From contig JBMFXB010000007.1 of the NCBI GenBank assembly GCA_049964715.1, forward strand, positions 4,698 to 68,697: a stretch of 64,000 nucleotides of DNA, read 5' to 3'. Origin of the DNA: Candidatus Dormibacteria bacterium. GTDB taxonomy: Bacteria > Chloroflexota > Dormibacteria > Aeolococcales > Aeolococcaceae. The notes below the pieces were generated by a model. That model did no database searches. It saw only the letters and a list, made by a program, of their open reading frames with translations, and had not been told where the DNA came from. Below are positions 37,642-47,452 of this stretch, one piece after another. A program made the translations under genes and the position numbers. Numbering within the stretch: position 1 is the stretch's first letter; every line of letters begins with the position of its first letter.

Positions 37642-37938
37642 ATGGCACACAAGAAAGGCGGCGGCAGTTCCCGGAATGGTCGCGATAGCCGTGGACGTCG
37701 TCTTGGCATCAAGCGCCAGGATGGGAATCTCGTACTTGCAGGCTCGATCATAGTCAGGCAACGTGGCACGAAGATTCTTCCTGGTGAAAATGTAGGAGTC
37801 GGTAGGGATCACACCCTGTACGCACTCTCCACTGGTGTTGTTGTCTTTGACAAGACCAGGGCAGAGCGGACCCGTGCAAATGTGGAAGAGATCCCAATTC
37901 TCGAACTCATCGAGGAGACCGTTGCTGCCGCGGAGTGA
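37642..37938 (+). CDS. rpmA: 50S ribosomal protein L27
   Basis: [21 protein letters not shown] and IIVRQRGT. Confidence 0.97.
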   Translation: MAHKKGGGSSRNGRDSRGRRLGIKRQDGNLVLAGSIIVRQRGTKILPGENVGVGRDHTLYALSTGVVVFDKTRAERTRANVEEIPILELIEETVAAAE

Positions 37939-39241
37939 CCGATTTTCGTTCGATGATGTCACCATAGCAGTAACTGCTGGGACTGGCGGACGAGGGGTAA
38001 CAAGTTTCCACAGGGAGAAGTTTATCCCGGTTGGCTTTCCTGATGGAGGTGATGGCGGACGCGGAGGGAATATTGTTGTCCGTGTCGATTCCCAACTCTC
38101 AACCTTGGACCAGTTCAAGGATCGTCGTATCTTTCGGGCGAAACATGGTGGTGCAGGAAGCAGAAACAACTGTCATGGTGCAAGTGCACCGGATCTCGAA
38201 CTTCGCGTTCCACCAGGGACTGTCATTCGGGATGCGATATCCGGTGCTCTCATTGCTGACCTGGATCATGAGAATGTCACATGTATCATTGCTCATGGTG
38301 GCAGGGGTGGAAGAGGGAATGCAAAGTTTGTGAATTCACGGCGGCAGGCTCCGACGTACAGTGAACTTGGCGAGCCTGGTGAGGATCGACGGATAGAGCT
38401 TGAGCTGAAGCTCATTGCAGATGTTGGACTCATAGGTCTGCCCAATGCCGGGAAGTCGACCCTCCTTGCAGCCCTTACTCGTGCTCATCCTGTTATCGCT
38501 TCATATCCATTTACAACACTCCGGCCCAATCTTGGTGTCCTGTACGGACCACATGATGAACGAGTCGTCCTTGCAGATGTTCCAGGAATCATAGAGGGAG
38601 CACATGTCGGTGTTGGACTGGGTATCGAGTTCCTCAGACATGTGGAACGCACACGGATGCTCATTCATGTTATTGATGGCAGTGCAGGAAAGAATGAGGC
38701 TCTCATGGCACTATCCACTGTCGAGAATGAACTTCGGGCATATGGACATGGACTCATGGAGAAGCCCCATATCATCGTTGTGAACAAGACGGATCTTATG
38801 GATGAAGCCACTGTGAAGGAATTGTGTGATGCCGTTCCTGGGTCACGCAAGATTGGCATTGCTGCAGAGGCGGGCACTGGATGTGAACATCTTGTCGAGC
38901 TCATCATGAGCGAACTTCCTGAACGGCCTTCTGGAGTGGAAGCCAACACTGAGGAACGAATATATGAGCTACCGCATAGTGCGATCTCGAGTGAGTTCAT
39001 GGTCTCTTCTGAGGAAGGTGCATACCGTGTGGCTGGAGCTGAAGTGGAACGGCGCGTTGCCATGACAGACCTGAACAACGAAGAGGCACTGGGTCGTCTC
39101 CAGCGATGGCTACGGTATCGTGGTGTGGAGCAGGCACTCATGGATGCAGGATGTGCTGAAGGTGAAACAGTGCGAATAGGCAAGCAGGAGTTTGTTTTTT
39201 ACCCGGATCATCGAGATGCTGTCCGATCAGATGCAGACTAG
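37922..39241 (+). CDS. obgE: GTPase ObgE/CgtA with C-terminal OCT domain
   Basis: [25 protein letters not shown] and NKTD. The start is inferred as the TTG at 37922 after a GAGGAG SD. Confidence 0.95.
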   Translation: MLPRSDRFSFDDVTIAVTAGTGGRGVTSFHREKFIPVGFPDGGDGGRGGNIVVRVDSQLSTLDQFKDRRIFRAKHGGAGSRNNCHGASAPDLELRVPPGTVIRDAISGALIADLDHENVTCIIAHGGRGGRGNAKFVNSRRQAPTYSELGEPGEDRRIELELKLIADVGLIGLPNAGKSTLLAALTRAHPVIASYPFTTLRPNLGVLYGPHDERVVLADVPGIIEGAHVGVGLGIEFLRHVERTRMLIHVIDGSAGKNEALMALSTVENELRAYGHGLMEKPHIIVVNKTDLMDEATVKELCDAVPGSRKIGIAAEAGTGCEHLVELIMSELPERPSGVEANTEERIYELPHSAISSEFMVSSEEGAYRVAGAEVERRVAMTDLNNEEALGRLQRWLRYRGVEQALMDAGCAEGETVRIGKQEFVFYPDHRDAVRSDAD

Positions 39242-39851
39242 TGCAGTCGTCATTCTTGGTGGAACATTCGATCCATTCCACATTGGCCATCGTGCAATCC
39301 TGACTCAGGTCATGGAACAGCTTGACATTCCCGCTGGATGGGTCATTCCACTCAACTCCCCAGGGCACAGACATGAACCAGTTGCTTCCCCAAGAGATCG
39401 TCTTGCAATGGCAACAATTGGCGTTCGGGATCTTCCAGGTGTGCAAGTACGCGATCTCGAAGTGATCCGGGGTGGAGTGACGTTCACAATTGATACAGCA
39501 AAGGAAATCGCACGAAGCTACCCACAACTCACCCAGTGGTACATCGTAGGTGCTGATGAGGCACGGACGCTTCATGAATGGCATGAATGGCCACTCCTGC
39601 TTGAGTTTGCGAAGGTAGCAATTGTGAACCGTACTGGGAAGGACCCGATATCACGTACAGAGTGTGCAGCACTTGGCATACCTGCTACACACATGGAACT
39701 CCTCACGGTTGACTCTCCACCTATCAGTGCAACGACACTCAGGAATGCACTTTGTGATGCTGATGAGAAACACCTTGTACAGACGTACCTTGCACCTGGA
39801 GTCCTTGCCTACATACAGGAACATCATCTCTACGGGGAGCAGACACACTGA
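39231..39851 (+). CDS. nadD: Nicotinate-nucleotide adenylyltransferase
   Basis: GGTFDPFHIGH, FTIDT, IVGADE and ISATTLR. Located between obg and rsfS. Confidence 0.93.
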   Translation: MQTSAVVILGGTFDPFHIGHRAILTQVMEQLDIPAGWVIPLNSPGHRHEPVASPRDRLAMATIGVRDLPGVQVRDLEVIRGGVTFTIDTAKEIARSYPQLTQWYIVGADEARTLHEWHEWPLLLEFAKVAIVNRTGKDPISRTECAALGIPATHMELLTVDSPPISATTLRNALCDADEKHLVQTYLAPGVLAYIQEHHLYGEQTH

Positions 39852-39865
39852 AGGGGTATGCGATA

Positions 39866-40225
39866 ATGCAAATCATGGAATCGGAAGAGCTTGCACGTTT
39901 TCTTGCCAACTGTCTTGAAGACAAGAAGGCTCGTGATGTCGTCATCATTGATGTTCGTGAGCAGACATCCATGACAGACTTCCTTGTTGTGTGCGAGGGT
40001 GACACTGATCGACAGGTACGTAGCATGGTTGAGAATCTTCAGGAAGCATGTAAGGCCCAGGAAATTGATGTGTACCATGTTGATGGGATGAAGGATGGAA
40101 CCTGGGTATGTCTCGACTGTGGTGAGGTGATAGTTCATGTGCTGCTTCCAGGAGAACGAAGCTACTATCGTATTGAGGATCTGTGGGGCATGACAGAACC
40201 CAGGCTCAATGCTATTCGTTCCTGA
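39866..40225 (+). CDS. rsfS: Ribosome silencing factor RsfS
   Basis: EDKKARDVVIIDV, WVCLDCGEVIVH and YRIEDLW. Confidence 0.95.
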   Translation: MQIMESEELARFLANCLEDKKARDVVIIDVREQTSMTDFLVVCEGDTDRQVRSMVENLQEACKAQEIDVYHVDGMKDGTWVCLDCGEVIVHVLLPGERSYYRIEDLWGMTEPRLNAIRS

Positions 40226-40246
40226 GTGGGACCACACGTTTCCCAA

Positions 40247-41578
40247 TCAGCTGAACTGCCCCTGCATGAGCTGTTGAGCCACGAATCCCAGACAGATGAC
40301 TGTGATGGCTGCAGCTCCAATGGATGCCACGACAACTATCTTCGGTGTTCCTCGACCGCCCAGTGCACGCAGTGGGGAAGCGATAACTCCGATAACAATT
40401 CCTGAAATGACACCGCCAATATGAGCCCAGTTGTTGATATTTGTCACAGTGAAACCAAAAGCAATATTGAAGACGGCCCAAAGCACTGCTTGTGTTCGGA
40501 CGCTGGATATGAATTGTTGCGGAAGGAAGCTTCCCTGCACACGTCCCAGCATGACAAGAAGTCCCATGAGACCCATGATTCCTCCAGATGCCCCAAAGCT
40601 TATATAGACAACTGGAGTTGCAAGCGTGTATCCCGGCACAATGAGGAACCATGCCACAGAGCCTACAACTGCTCCAAGGATAAATGTGAGGAAGAGCCAT
40701 GCCCTCCCGTAGATACGCTCCACGAGTGGTCCGATGAAGAACATGGCAAGTGCATTGAAGCCTACATGAAGAATATCTGTATTGTCATGGACAAACGCTG
40801 AGGTGACAAACCTCCACCAGTCGGTGTAGCCAACATTGCGGTTGGACAATGCACCGAAATTGATGAGTGTCTCGACCCCATGGCCTGAATACAGAAGCTC
40901 TCCAAGATATATAAGTATCCAGGATGCAATGAGTGTATACGTGAGCCACGGAACGGCACGCATGACACGGACAGGGGAGGATGTTGCCTGGGGAATTCCT
41001 GCAGTTGAGCTTTGCATGACCTGATGCTCAGCAAGTCCAATTGCTGCAACTGTGGGAATGGACTCAGTTTTTTTTGCTGCGAGACCCAGTGCATGTTTGA
41101 CATCACGGGCACGGATGATGGGGCTGTTTACGATCATGTCCTGGGCAGTGGAGAATGCAGGATCGACAGTAATGAGTGAGATGCCAGTGCTATCACAGCT
41201 TGCTGGGAGTATCTGCTCTGGTGAGGTCACTGTACTGTCTTGGGTGGCTGCAGATATGATCGTTATTCCTGTGCGGGAAATACCATTCCGTGAACGAAGT
41301 GATGTGCACCACTGGGAGGCCCGGGTGATGAGATCCTTCAGTGAACCTGCAGTCTGTCCAGGTGAATCATAGCGGAAGAGGATGATTCTCGCATCCTCAC
41401 CACTGAGCATGCCAACTGCAAGCTGAAAGTCGCCTTCCAGTATTTCAATCCGGGAATCTGTTCGCGGTATGAGCCGGTAATGGTGGTGCAGTACCAGATC
41501 GTACGCAAGTAAACGAACGAATGGCGGGGGTTCCTGTGGCATGTACACCACATTCGAGGGGGACGTGTTATCGGCCAT
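40247..41578 (-). CDS. Rhomboid intramembrane serine protease with large N-terminal soluble domain
   Basis: WWRFVTSAFVH, HVGFN, catalytic GASGG and NNWAHIGG. Confidence 0.9.
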   Translation of the reverse strand: MADNTSPSNVVYMPQEPPPFVRLLAYDLVLHHHYRLIPRTDSRIEILEGDFQLAVGMLSGEDARIILFRYDSPGQTAGSLKDLITRASQWCTSLRSRNGISRTGITIISAATQDSTVTSPEQILPASCDSTGISLITVDPAFSTAQDMIVNSPIIRARDVKHALGLAAKKTESIPTVAAIGLAEHQVMQSSTAGIPQATSSPVRVMRAVPWLTYTLIASWILIYLGELLYSGHGVETLINFGALSNRNVGYTDWWRFVTSAFVHDNTDILHVGFNALAMFFIGPLVERIYGRAWLFLTFILGAVVGSVAWFLIVPGYTLATPVVYISFGASGGIMGLMGLLVMLGRVQGSFLPQQFISSVRTQAVLWAVFNIAFGFTVTNINNWAHIGGVISGIVIGVIASPLRALGGRGTPKIVVVASIGAAAITVICLGFVAQQLMQGQFS

Positions 41579-41622
41579 CTGTCATATAGTCTACGCTTGG
41601 ACGATATATGTACTGGGCAGTA

Positions 41623-43932
41623 TTATCCATTCGCTCCGACAGGATTGAGACTGCAGGTTGAGTTGAGCGTAGTGTACGTTGACTGGAAGAAGTAACTTGA
41701 TCCGCAAGCAGACTGCGTATATGGCACACCATTTGGACCTTCCATGTTAAAGGTTCCATCATTCCCTCCTCCACCAACAGCTACGACACCAGAAGGCATT
41801 GTGTACCACGTTGGAGGAGTCATGGCGAGTGCACGGTTCATGTAGTCATGCCAGATTGGAGCTGCCCCTGTGATACCTATGGAGTTCACAAGATGACCGC
41901 AGATGGAGTTTGCTGGTTTAAGACCATATGCAGCAAGGTCTTCTGGGCTGTAGGGATCTGTGATGTTCTGCCCTGCATAAATGATGTGCGTTTGCATGTC
42001 CTTTGCGAGAGTTGCAGTGTCCTGAGGCTTGAGGCATGACGGGTCAGGATTTCCAACCCAGACAGAGGTTGCAAGGGTTGGTGTCCAGCCGACTGTCCAG
42101 TTGTCAACGAAAAAGTCTGTTGTTCCCGTTTTGGCACTGACCCTGCGGTTGGGGAGGATGAGTGCGTTGTTCGCACCAAACTCAGTGATACGGGCATTAT
42201 TGTCACTTGTGATTTGGGACATGATGTACGCAACGTTTGGAGGGAGAACCTGCTGGGCTACACTGCTTGGGTTGTAGGAGTACACAGTTGTCCCAGTAGC
42301 AGCATCCACAATTTTTGTTATTGGTGTGGGAGGATGGTGTACACCAAGATCAGCAATGGTCGAGATGCCGTCTGTCATTTCAAGGGGCGAGACTCCATAG
42401 GTAAGACCACCCAGGGTAGCTGCATAGTTGTAGTCAGTAGGACGGTTTGCGGGTTCTGCAAGGGAAGTGAGCCCCATCTCGATCTCAAGATTGGTGATGA
42501 ACGGTATTCCTGTGGCGTATTCAATCTTGACAGCAGGGATGTTGATGGAGTCATCAAGACAGACAGGGACAACACATGTCCCACGATATACATGGCCATA
42601 GTCAGATGGTGAATATCCACCAGGCCATACTGTGGGTTCGTCACGAATAGTGGTTGTCATGGTGATTCGATCTGTTGCAATGCCAGCTGAGTACGTAAAA
42701 AGCTTGATGGTTGAACCTGGCTGGCGGGGGAGTATAGCCATGTTCAGTTGATTGACAGATGGATCATTCTGGTTCCAGGCGCCAACCATGGCAACAACTT
42801 CTCCAGTTCTTGGATCCATGCTTACGAGTGCAGCATCGTGGGCATTGTGGGAGGAGTATATTGCCTTGATGTTTGAGTAGGTCTCCTGTTCAGCAACAGA
42901 CTGGTCGTATGTGTTGAGACTTGTGTAAATATTCCAGCCACCAGGATCAAGATAGGCATCACCAAAGTGGCTTGTGAGGTACTGCTCAAGATATCCAACG
43001 AAATATGGTGCTTTAAGGACTTCTGATGTTGTCCATGAATACACAGTGATGGGCTCGTTGAATGCAGCGTCCGCCTGGGACTGGGTGATGTAATGATTGG
43101 TCACCATGGACTGAAGTACCTGTCCTTGACGTCGCTTGGCCTGAGGGTTGATTGCGACATTTGCAGCATGATTGAGCGGGTTGTACAGTGTTGGTGCTTC
43201 GGGGAGGCCTGCAAGCATTGCAGCCTGTGCAAGATCAAGCTTCTGAACAGGCTCATGGAAGTAGAGCACTGCAGCAGTACCAACTCCAATTGCATGATTT
43301 CCGTACGTTACACGATTGAGATACATGTCGAGAATCTGGTTCTTCGTAAAGGTTTGTTCAATCTCATTGCCAAGAATGACCTGTTCGATCTTGCGGTTGA
43401 TGGTCTTCTGGAAGGAAAGGAAACTGATCTTGGCTAGCTGTTCAGGAATGGTCGATGCACCCTGTGCTGCAGCTCCACTCTTGAGGTCTGCAATTGCAGA
43501 AGATATGACACGGGGAAGGTCCAGAGAACCTTCAGTGTAGAAATGCCGATCTTCTATGGAGATTGTGGCATCGATTACGGACTTGGGAATGGCAGAGAAG
43601 GGTACCTCGATGTGACGGAAGTTTGGATCATGCAGGTCTGCCAGAAGTGTGCCATCTGAGGCATAAACGAAGGAGTCACTTGGCGGTCCGAGTTGGGGAA
43701 GAAGAGCGACATCAGGAAGCTCACTGAGGTAACCGGAGTAACCGGTGTACACAAAGCTGAGGCCAACCATGTCAAGAATGGTTGTTGCAGCAATGGTCAG
43801 GAGGAGTAAACGAAGGACACGCCTTCGTGGATACTTTTTTCTTGGTGCTGGGCGTCGTAAATCCGGGACGCGTTGAAGCCACGCAACGAGCGCATGATAG
43901 CCATGAATGAGTCGTGCACGAATGTCGGACAT
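41623..43932 (-). CDS. Class A penicillin-binding protein (transglycosylase/transpeptidase)
   Basis: EDRHFY, GASTIPEQLAK, SxxK (PGSTIK), SxN (SIN) and KTGT. Confidence 0.95.
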   Translation of the reverse strand: MSDIRARLIHGYHALVAWLQRVPDLRRPAPRKKYPRRRVLRLLLLTIAATTILDMVGLSFVYTGYSGYLSELPDVALLPQLGPPSDSFVYASDGTLLADLHDPNFRHIEVPFSAIPKSVIDATISIEDRHFYTEGSLDLPRVISSAIADLKSGAAAQGASTIPEQLAKISFLSFQKTINRKIEQVILGNEIEQTFTKNQILDMYLNRVTYGNHAIGVGTAAVLYFHEPVQKLDLAQAAMLAGLPEAPTLYNPLNHAANVAINPQAKRRQGQVLQSMVTNHYITQSQADAAFNEPITVYSWTTSEVLKAPYFVGYLEQYLTSHFGDAYLDPGGWNIYTSLNTYDQSVAEQETYSNIKAIYSSHNAHDAALVSMDPRTGEVVAMVGAWNQNDPSVNQLNMAILPRQPGSTIKLFTYSAGIATDRITMTTTIRDEPTVWPGGYSPSDYGHVYRGTCVVPVCLDDSINIPAVKIEYATGIPFITNLEIEMGLTSLAEPANRPTDYNYAATLGGLTYGVSPLEMTDGISTIADLGVHHPPTPITKIVDAATGTTVYSYNPSSVAQQVLPPNVAYIMSQITSDNNARITEFGANNALILPNRRVSAKTGTTDFFVDNWTVGWTPTLATSVWVGNPDPSCLKPQDTATLAKDMQTHIIYAGQNITDPYSPEDLAAYGLKPANSICGHLVNSIGITGAAPIWHDYMNRALAMTPPTWYTMPSGVVAVGGGGNDGTFNMEGPNGVPYTQSACGSSYFFQSTYTTLNSTCSLNPVGANG

Positions 43933-44021
43933 GTTGCTTAGTGTCCTGCCACACTATCAGGCAGAAGTACAGCCATAGCATTGATCATACGAAAATATGC
44001 CACCTTGCTGAGATCGGTGAA

Positions 44022-44168
44022 CTAGTGGGTGGCTGCAGCAAGATACAGGATGACGATGACAATGAACACTCCAAGGGCACCAATATTGAGGGCAAGTGTG
44101 TCTTCGAACCAGAATGGTCCCCGTCGTTTTCGTTCGTGTTCCATGTGATGAAGAGGAATGCCACTCAT
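44022..44168 (-). CDS. Small single-TM protein (48 aa), absent from the ORF track
   Basis: MSGIPLHHMEHERKRRGPFWFEDTLALNIGALGVFIVIVILYLAAATH*. A strong SD AGGAGGTGA lies 12 nt upstream. Confidence 0.6.
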   Translation of the reverse strand: MSGIPLHHMEHERKRRGPFWFEDTLALNIGALGVFIVIVILYLAAATH

Positions 44169-44281
44169 GATCTCACTCTATCACCTCCTGCGAGCTGTCT
44201 CATCAACCCATGCGACAAGTCAATGACAACATGCGTTTACCATGCCAACCACCCGCTCGACCATGTCACAATCGAGTGGCA

Positions 44282-45586
44282 ATGACAGCCTCTCGCGCCC
44301 CATCATCAACCGGAATCGCCCTTCCAGTCGCAATACAGTCCATTGAAGATACAGGATTGCCGTTTGCATTTGTCAGTGATCTCGTCCTCAAGACGCTGTA
44401 CTTCACTGGAAGCATGCTCGGCAGGGATCTCTCGAATCATCTGTGCTTGCCCTTCCCAGTCATAGAGACTGCACTGAAGTTTCTTGCTGATGAGGGGTAC
44501 ATTTCAGCAGCTGGTGTGCAAACCTCGGTACTCAGTCGAGGTGAAGCTATTGGAGCTGGCATGCAGTATTTTATCTCGAGTGCTGGAAGGCAACGTACAC
44601 GGGAAATACTGATGCTCAATCAATATGCTGGTCCAGCTCCAGTCACGATTGAGGACTATCGTTCCCTTGTTGAGCAGCAGTCGAGCCGTGGCGTGGTTGT
44701 GAACCGACAAATGCTCAAGGATGCGTGTAAGAACATTGTTGTCACAGACAAGGTGCTTGATGGATTTGGCCCTGCACTCAATGCTGGACATGCAACCTTT
44801 GTGTATGGACCGCCAGGAAACGGCAAGACTACGATTGTTGAGAGGATAGCTCCCCTGCTTGGGGATCCCATATTTGTACCCCGTGCGCTCTACGTGCAAG
44901 GAGAGGTAATCAGGTTTTTTGATCCCCTCCACCATGCTCCCATCACAGAAGAACTCCCTGACTACGACATGAGATGGCAGCTCGTTGAGCGTCCAGTCGT
45001 TAAAGTGGGAGGTGAACTCATCCCGGAAATGCTCGACCTTCGGTTTGATCCGACACTGGGATTCTACGAAGCATCCCTCCAAATGAAGGCAAATGGTGGA
45101 ATTTTCTTTATTGATGACTTTGGACGACAGCAATACCTCTCACCTGCAGCACTTCTCAACCGACTTATCGTTCCCTTGGAAAACGGGATTGACTATGTGA
45201 ATGTAGCCCGCATAGGTACGAGTGTTGCTGTCCCGTTCACCTGCCAACTTATTCTTTCGACGAACCTGCAACCGCAGAATCTCATGGATGAAGCGTTCCT
45301 TCGAAGAGTGCGCTTCAAGGTCCATGTCGACAATCCAACAGTTGATGAGTACCGCGAAATCTGGAAGACGGTCTGCAAGAATGAAAACATCAAGCATGAG
45401 CCAGCGAGCATCGAGTACCTTATCCAGGAACACTACATGAGGTCGAAACGGGCATTCCATGGAGTCCACCCAAGAGACCTTCTCAATCACCTCATTCATA
45501 TTGCATCGTATCTCGGTGTTGAGCCAACACTCTCACATGAGCTCATTGATGCTGCATGCCGGACATACTTTGTAGATGTCGACTGA
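44282..45586 (+). CDS. Uncharacterised AAA+ ATPase with N-terminal winged-helix-like region
   Basis: GPPGNGKT, FFIDDFG, DEAFLRR and the N-terminal IEDTGLPFAFVSDLVLKTLY. Confidence 0.85.
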   Translation: MTASRAPSSTGIALPVAIQSIEDTGLPFAFVSDLVLKTLYFTGSMLGRDLSNHLCLPFPVIETALKFLADEGYISAAGVQTSVLSRGEAIGAGMQYFISSAGRQRTREILMLNQYAGPAPVTIEDYRSLVEQQSSRGVVVNRQMLKDACKNIVVTDKVLDGFGPALNAGHATFVYGPPGNGKTTIVERIAPLLGDPIFVPRALYVQGEVIRFFDPLHHAPITEELPDYDMRWQLVERPVVKVGGELIPEMLDLRFDPTLGFYEASLQMKANGGIFFIDDFGRQQYLSPAALLNRLIVPLENGIDYVNVARIGTSVAVPFTCQLILSTNLQPQNLMDEAFLRRVRFKVHVDNPTVDEYREIWKTVCKNENIKHEPASIEYLIQEHYMRSKRAFHGVHPRDLLNHLIHIASYLGVEPTLSHELIDAACRTYFVDVD

Positions 45587-45641
45587 GTATGTGTTCGAGG
45601 CAGTGCATTCCCCTTTCGTATACTGCAAGTGCAGGAAGCAT

Positions 45642-45717
45642 GGGGCGGTAGCTCAGCTGGAAGAGCGTTGCCTTCGCACGGCAGAGGCCCGGGGTTCGAT
45701 TCCCCGCCGCTCCACCA
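45642..45717 (+). tRNA. tRNA-Ala(CGC)
   Basis: 76 nt. G3:U70 acceptor pair, anticodon loop TTCGCAC, GGTTCGATT T-arm and encoded CCA. Confidence 0.95.
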
Positions 45718-45739
45718 TGGTCCCGGAAAGGAGGTGCAT

Positions 45740-46225
45740 GTGCGGAACTTGTGGGCGCCATGGAGGATGACGTACGTGACTGGACAGGAAGGCGTAAGCG
45801 TGGAGTGTGTACTTTGTGATGTGTATGACCATCGTGATGAAGCCGACAGTCATGTAGTTGTAGTGGGTGGCACTGTATTCACGATGCTCAACAAGTTTCC
45901 ATATAGTTCAGGACACCTCATGGTTGTACCGGTTCGGCATGTGCGATCCCTGCCGGAACTTGACGATGCGGAGCTTCTGGATGCAATGCATGCAGTTGGT
46001 CAGGCAATGAAAGTACTGGAACAGGTGTACGGTCCGGATGGCTTCAATGTGGGAATCAATGATGGTGAGGCAGCCGGAGCAAGTCTTCCGCATATACACA
46101 TTCACGTTGTACCGAGATGGTCTGGCGATACGAACTTCATGCCTGTAATCAGTGGTACAAAGGTCATGCCAGAATCCCTCACGGATTCAGCAGTGCGGCT
46201 TCGTGAGGCATATCACAATCTGTGA
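45740..46225 (+). CDS. HIT family hydrolase
   Basis: LWAPWRMTYV, CVLC, LNKFPYSSGHLMVVP and HIHIH. GTG start after an AGGAGG SD. Confidence 0.93.
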   Translation: MRNLWAPWRMTYVTGQEGVSVECVLCDVYDHRDEADSHVVVVGGTVFTMLNKFPYSSGHLMVVPVRHVRSLPELDDAELLDAMHAVGQAMKVLEQVYGPDGFNVGINDGEAAGASLPHIHIHVVPRWSGDTNFMPVISGTKVMPESLTDSAVRLREAYHNL

Positions 46226-46294
46226 TGAAGTTTTGCGAGTGAAGCGGGTATGCAAAGCAGAACGCACGCAGTTTCTGGTAATGTCCTATCCATT

Positions 46295-46387
46295 GTGGGT
46301 TCAATAATCAAGAAGCGTCGCAAGAAGATGCGGAAGCATAAGCATAAGAAGATGCTGAAGAAGACGCGTTGGCAGCGACGCGGCTAG
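46295..46387 (+). CDS. 30S ribosomal protein bS22 (AURKAIP1/COX24 domain), absent from the ORF track
   Basis: MGSIIKKRRKKMRKHKHKKMLKKTRWQRRG* matches the known MGSVIKKRRKRM..KKHRK..RxTR pattern. Confidence 0.9.
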   Translation: MGSIIKKRRKKMRKHKHKKMLKKTRWQRRG

Positions 46388-46474
46388 ACCAGCTTATTTA
46401 GCTTTGCTTTTCAATGAGCAGTACAGCCCGTTCGCACAGTGCATGTGCAGGGAAACTGTAGAATGGCACACCCT

Positions 46475-46651
46475 ATGGAACATCGAGGAACTAACCTGTG
46501 CCAGTCGTGCAGGTATGGTCGGCACATCCATGGCAGGCACTCCACATTTCTTCTCTGTGAGAAGTCGTTGACTGATCTCATGTATCCGAAGTATCCGCGA
46601 CTGCCAGTTGTCTCATGCACTGGGTATGAGAATCTCGACAAGCAAGGATAA
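46475..46651 (+). CDS. Small Cys-containing hypothetical protein
   Basis: LCQSCRYG...FLLCEKS..D..YPKYPRLPVVSCTGY has four Cys and resembles a conserved small-protein family I recall. The start codon is uncertain (46463 or 46475). Confidence 0.7.
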   Translation: MEHRGTNLCQSCRYGRHIHGRHSTFLLCEKSLTDLMYPKYPRLPVVSCTGYENLDKQG

Positions 46652-46894
46652 ATATTGCGTATCGCATGCCTGTCAGGGACCCGTCTTCATGTCAGATCAG
46701 GGGTGTCATGACATGGATGAATTCCCCACGTGGATCAGTGGAGCTGCTTGTTCCTTTGACTGCGATTACGCTGTCATTGCATGAAGTCGTGCATTCTCAT
46801 GATGAATCCGGCATCATGTCCAGCAAAGGCTTGCTAACGAAGGCACACATGTTGGCAGTTGCGATCCCCTGTTCCGTGGTTGTAGCTGATGCAA

Positions 46895-47452
46895 TCATGC
46901 CCAATAGAAACCGACCAGCGATCCTGAACGGGCATCAACGAGTGCCCACGCATAGCGGTCAGAATTTGGGTTTCCTGATGAGCCTACATTTCCACCACCG
47001 ACACCGTTGAATGGCATTGCAGGCGATATGTTCACGACCCAGACAAGGAGCCCCTTTGCAGGACTGCCATTGCGGTTGTGTAGTTCAGCCAGTGTTGCAC
47101 CCCGTACAGAAGCACCAGGAATGAACCCAAGTTCTCCAGAATGCTGGACTATGCTTGAGGCTGCAGCGGAAGTGATGGCTGCATTGGAACGGTCACTCGG
47201 TGCACGTGTCAAACTTTGGTCGTTCCAGATGAATTGTTGGTCAGGCAATGACGCAATATGCACAGGTAGCTCATTGAGACGCAACTCCTCTGGTGTTTCA
47301 CAAAAGGTGGTTGCCAGTGCTGGAGAGGTTCCCTTGCAACGTGGGACGTGGCCAATTGATGGTGGTGAATAGGCAGGGGAAATCTGGGAACTGCATGCTG
47401 TGAGGGTCACTATCAGAGACAGGGTGAAGATGATGGAACGTGTGCGTATCAT
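46895..47452 (-). CDS. Putative lipoprotein
   Basis: MIRTRSIIFTLSLIVTLTAC lipobox at the internal ATG 47452. The C-terminal WALVDARSG..VG resembles a PepSY-like strand. Confidence 0.65.
   Translation of the reverse strand: MIRTRSIIFTLSLIVTLTACSSQISPAYSPPSIGHVPRCKGTSPALATTFCETPEELRLNELPVHIASLPDQQFIWNDQSLTRAPSDRSNAAITSAAASSIVQHSGELGFIPGASVRGATLAELHNRNGSPAKGLLVWVVNISPAMPFNGVGGGNVGSSGNPNSDRYAWALVDARSGSLVGFYWA

Noticed and set aside
45629-45739. N-terminal extension of the HIT ORF
   Set aside because: It runs through tRNA-Ala. A GTG with an AGGAGG SD at 45740 matches the family start.
46666-47010. 114-aa plus-strand ORF
   Set aside because: It overlaps the lipoprotein 3' end antisense and has no SD or recognisable motif.
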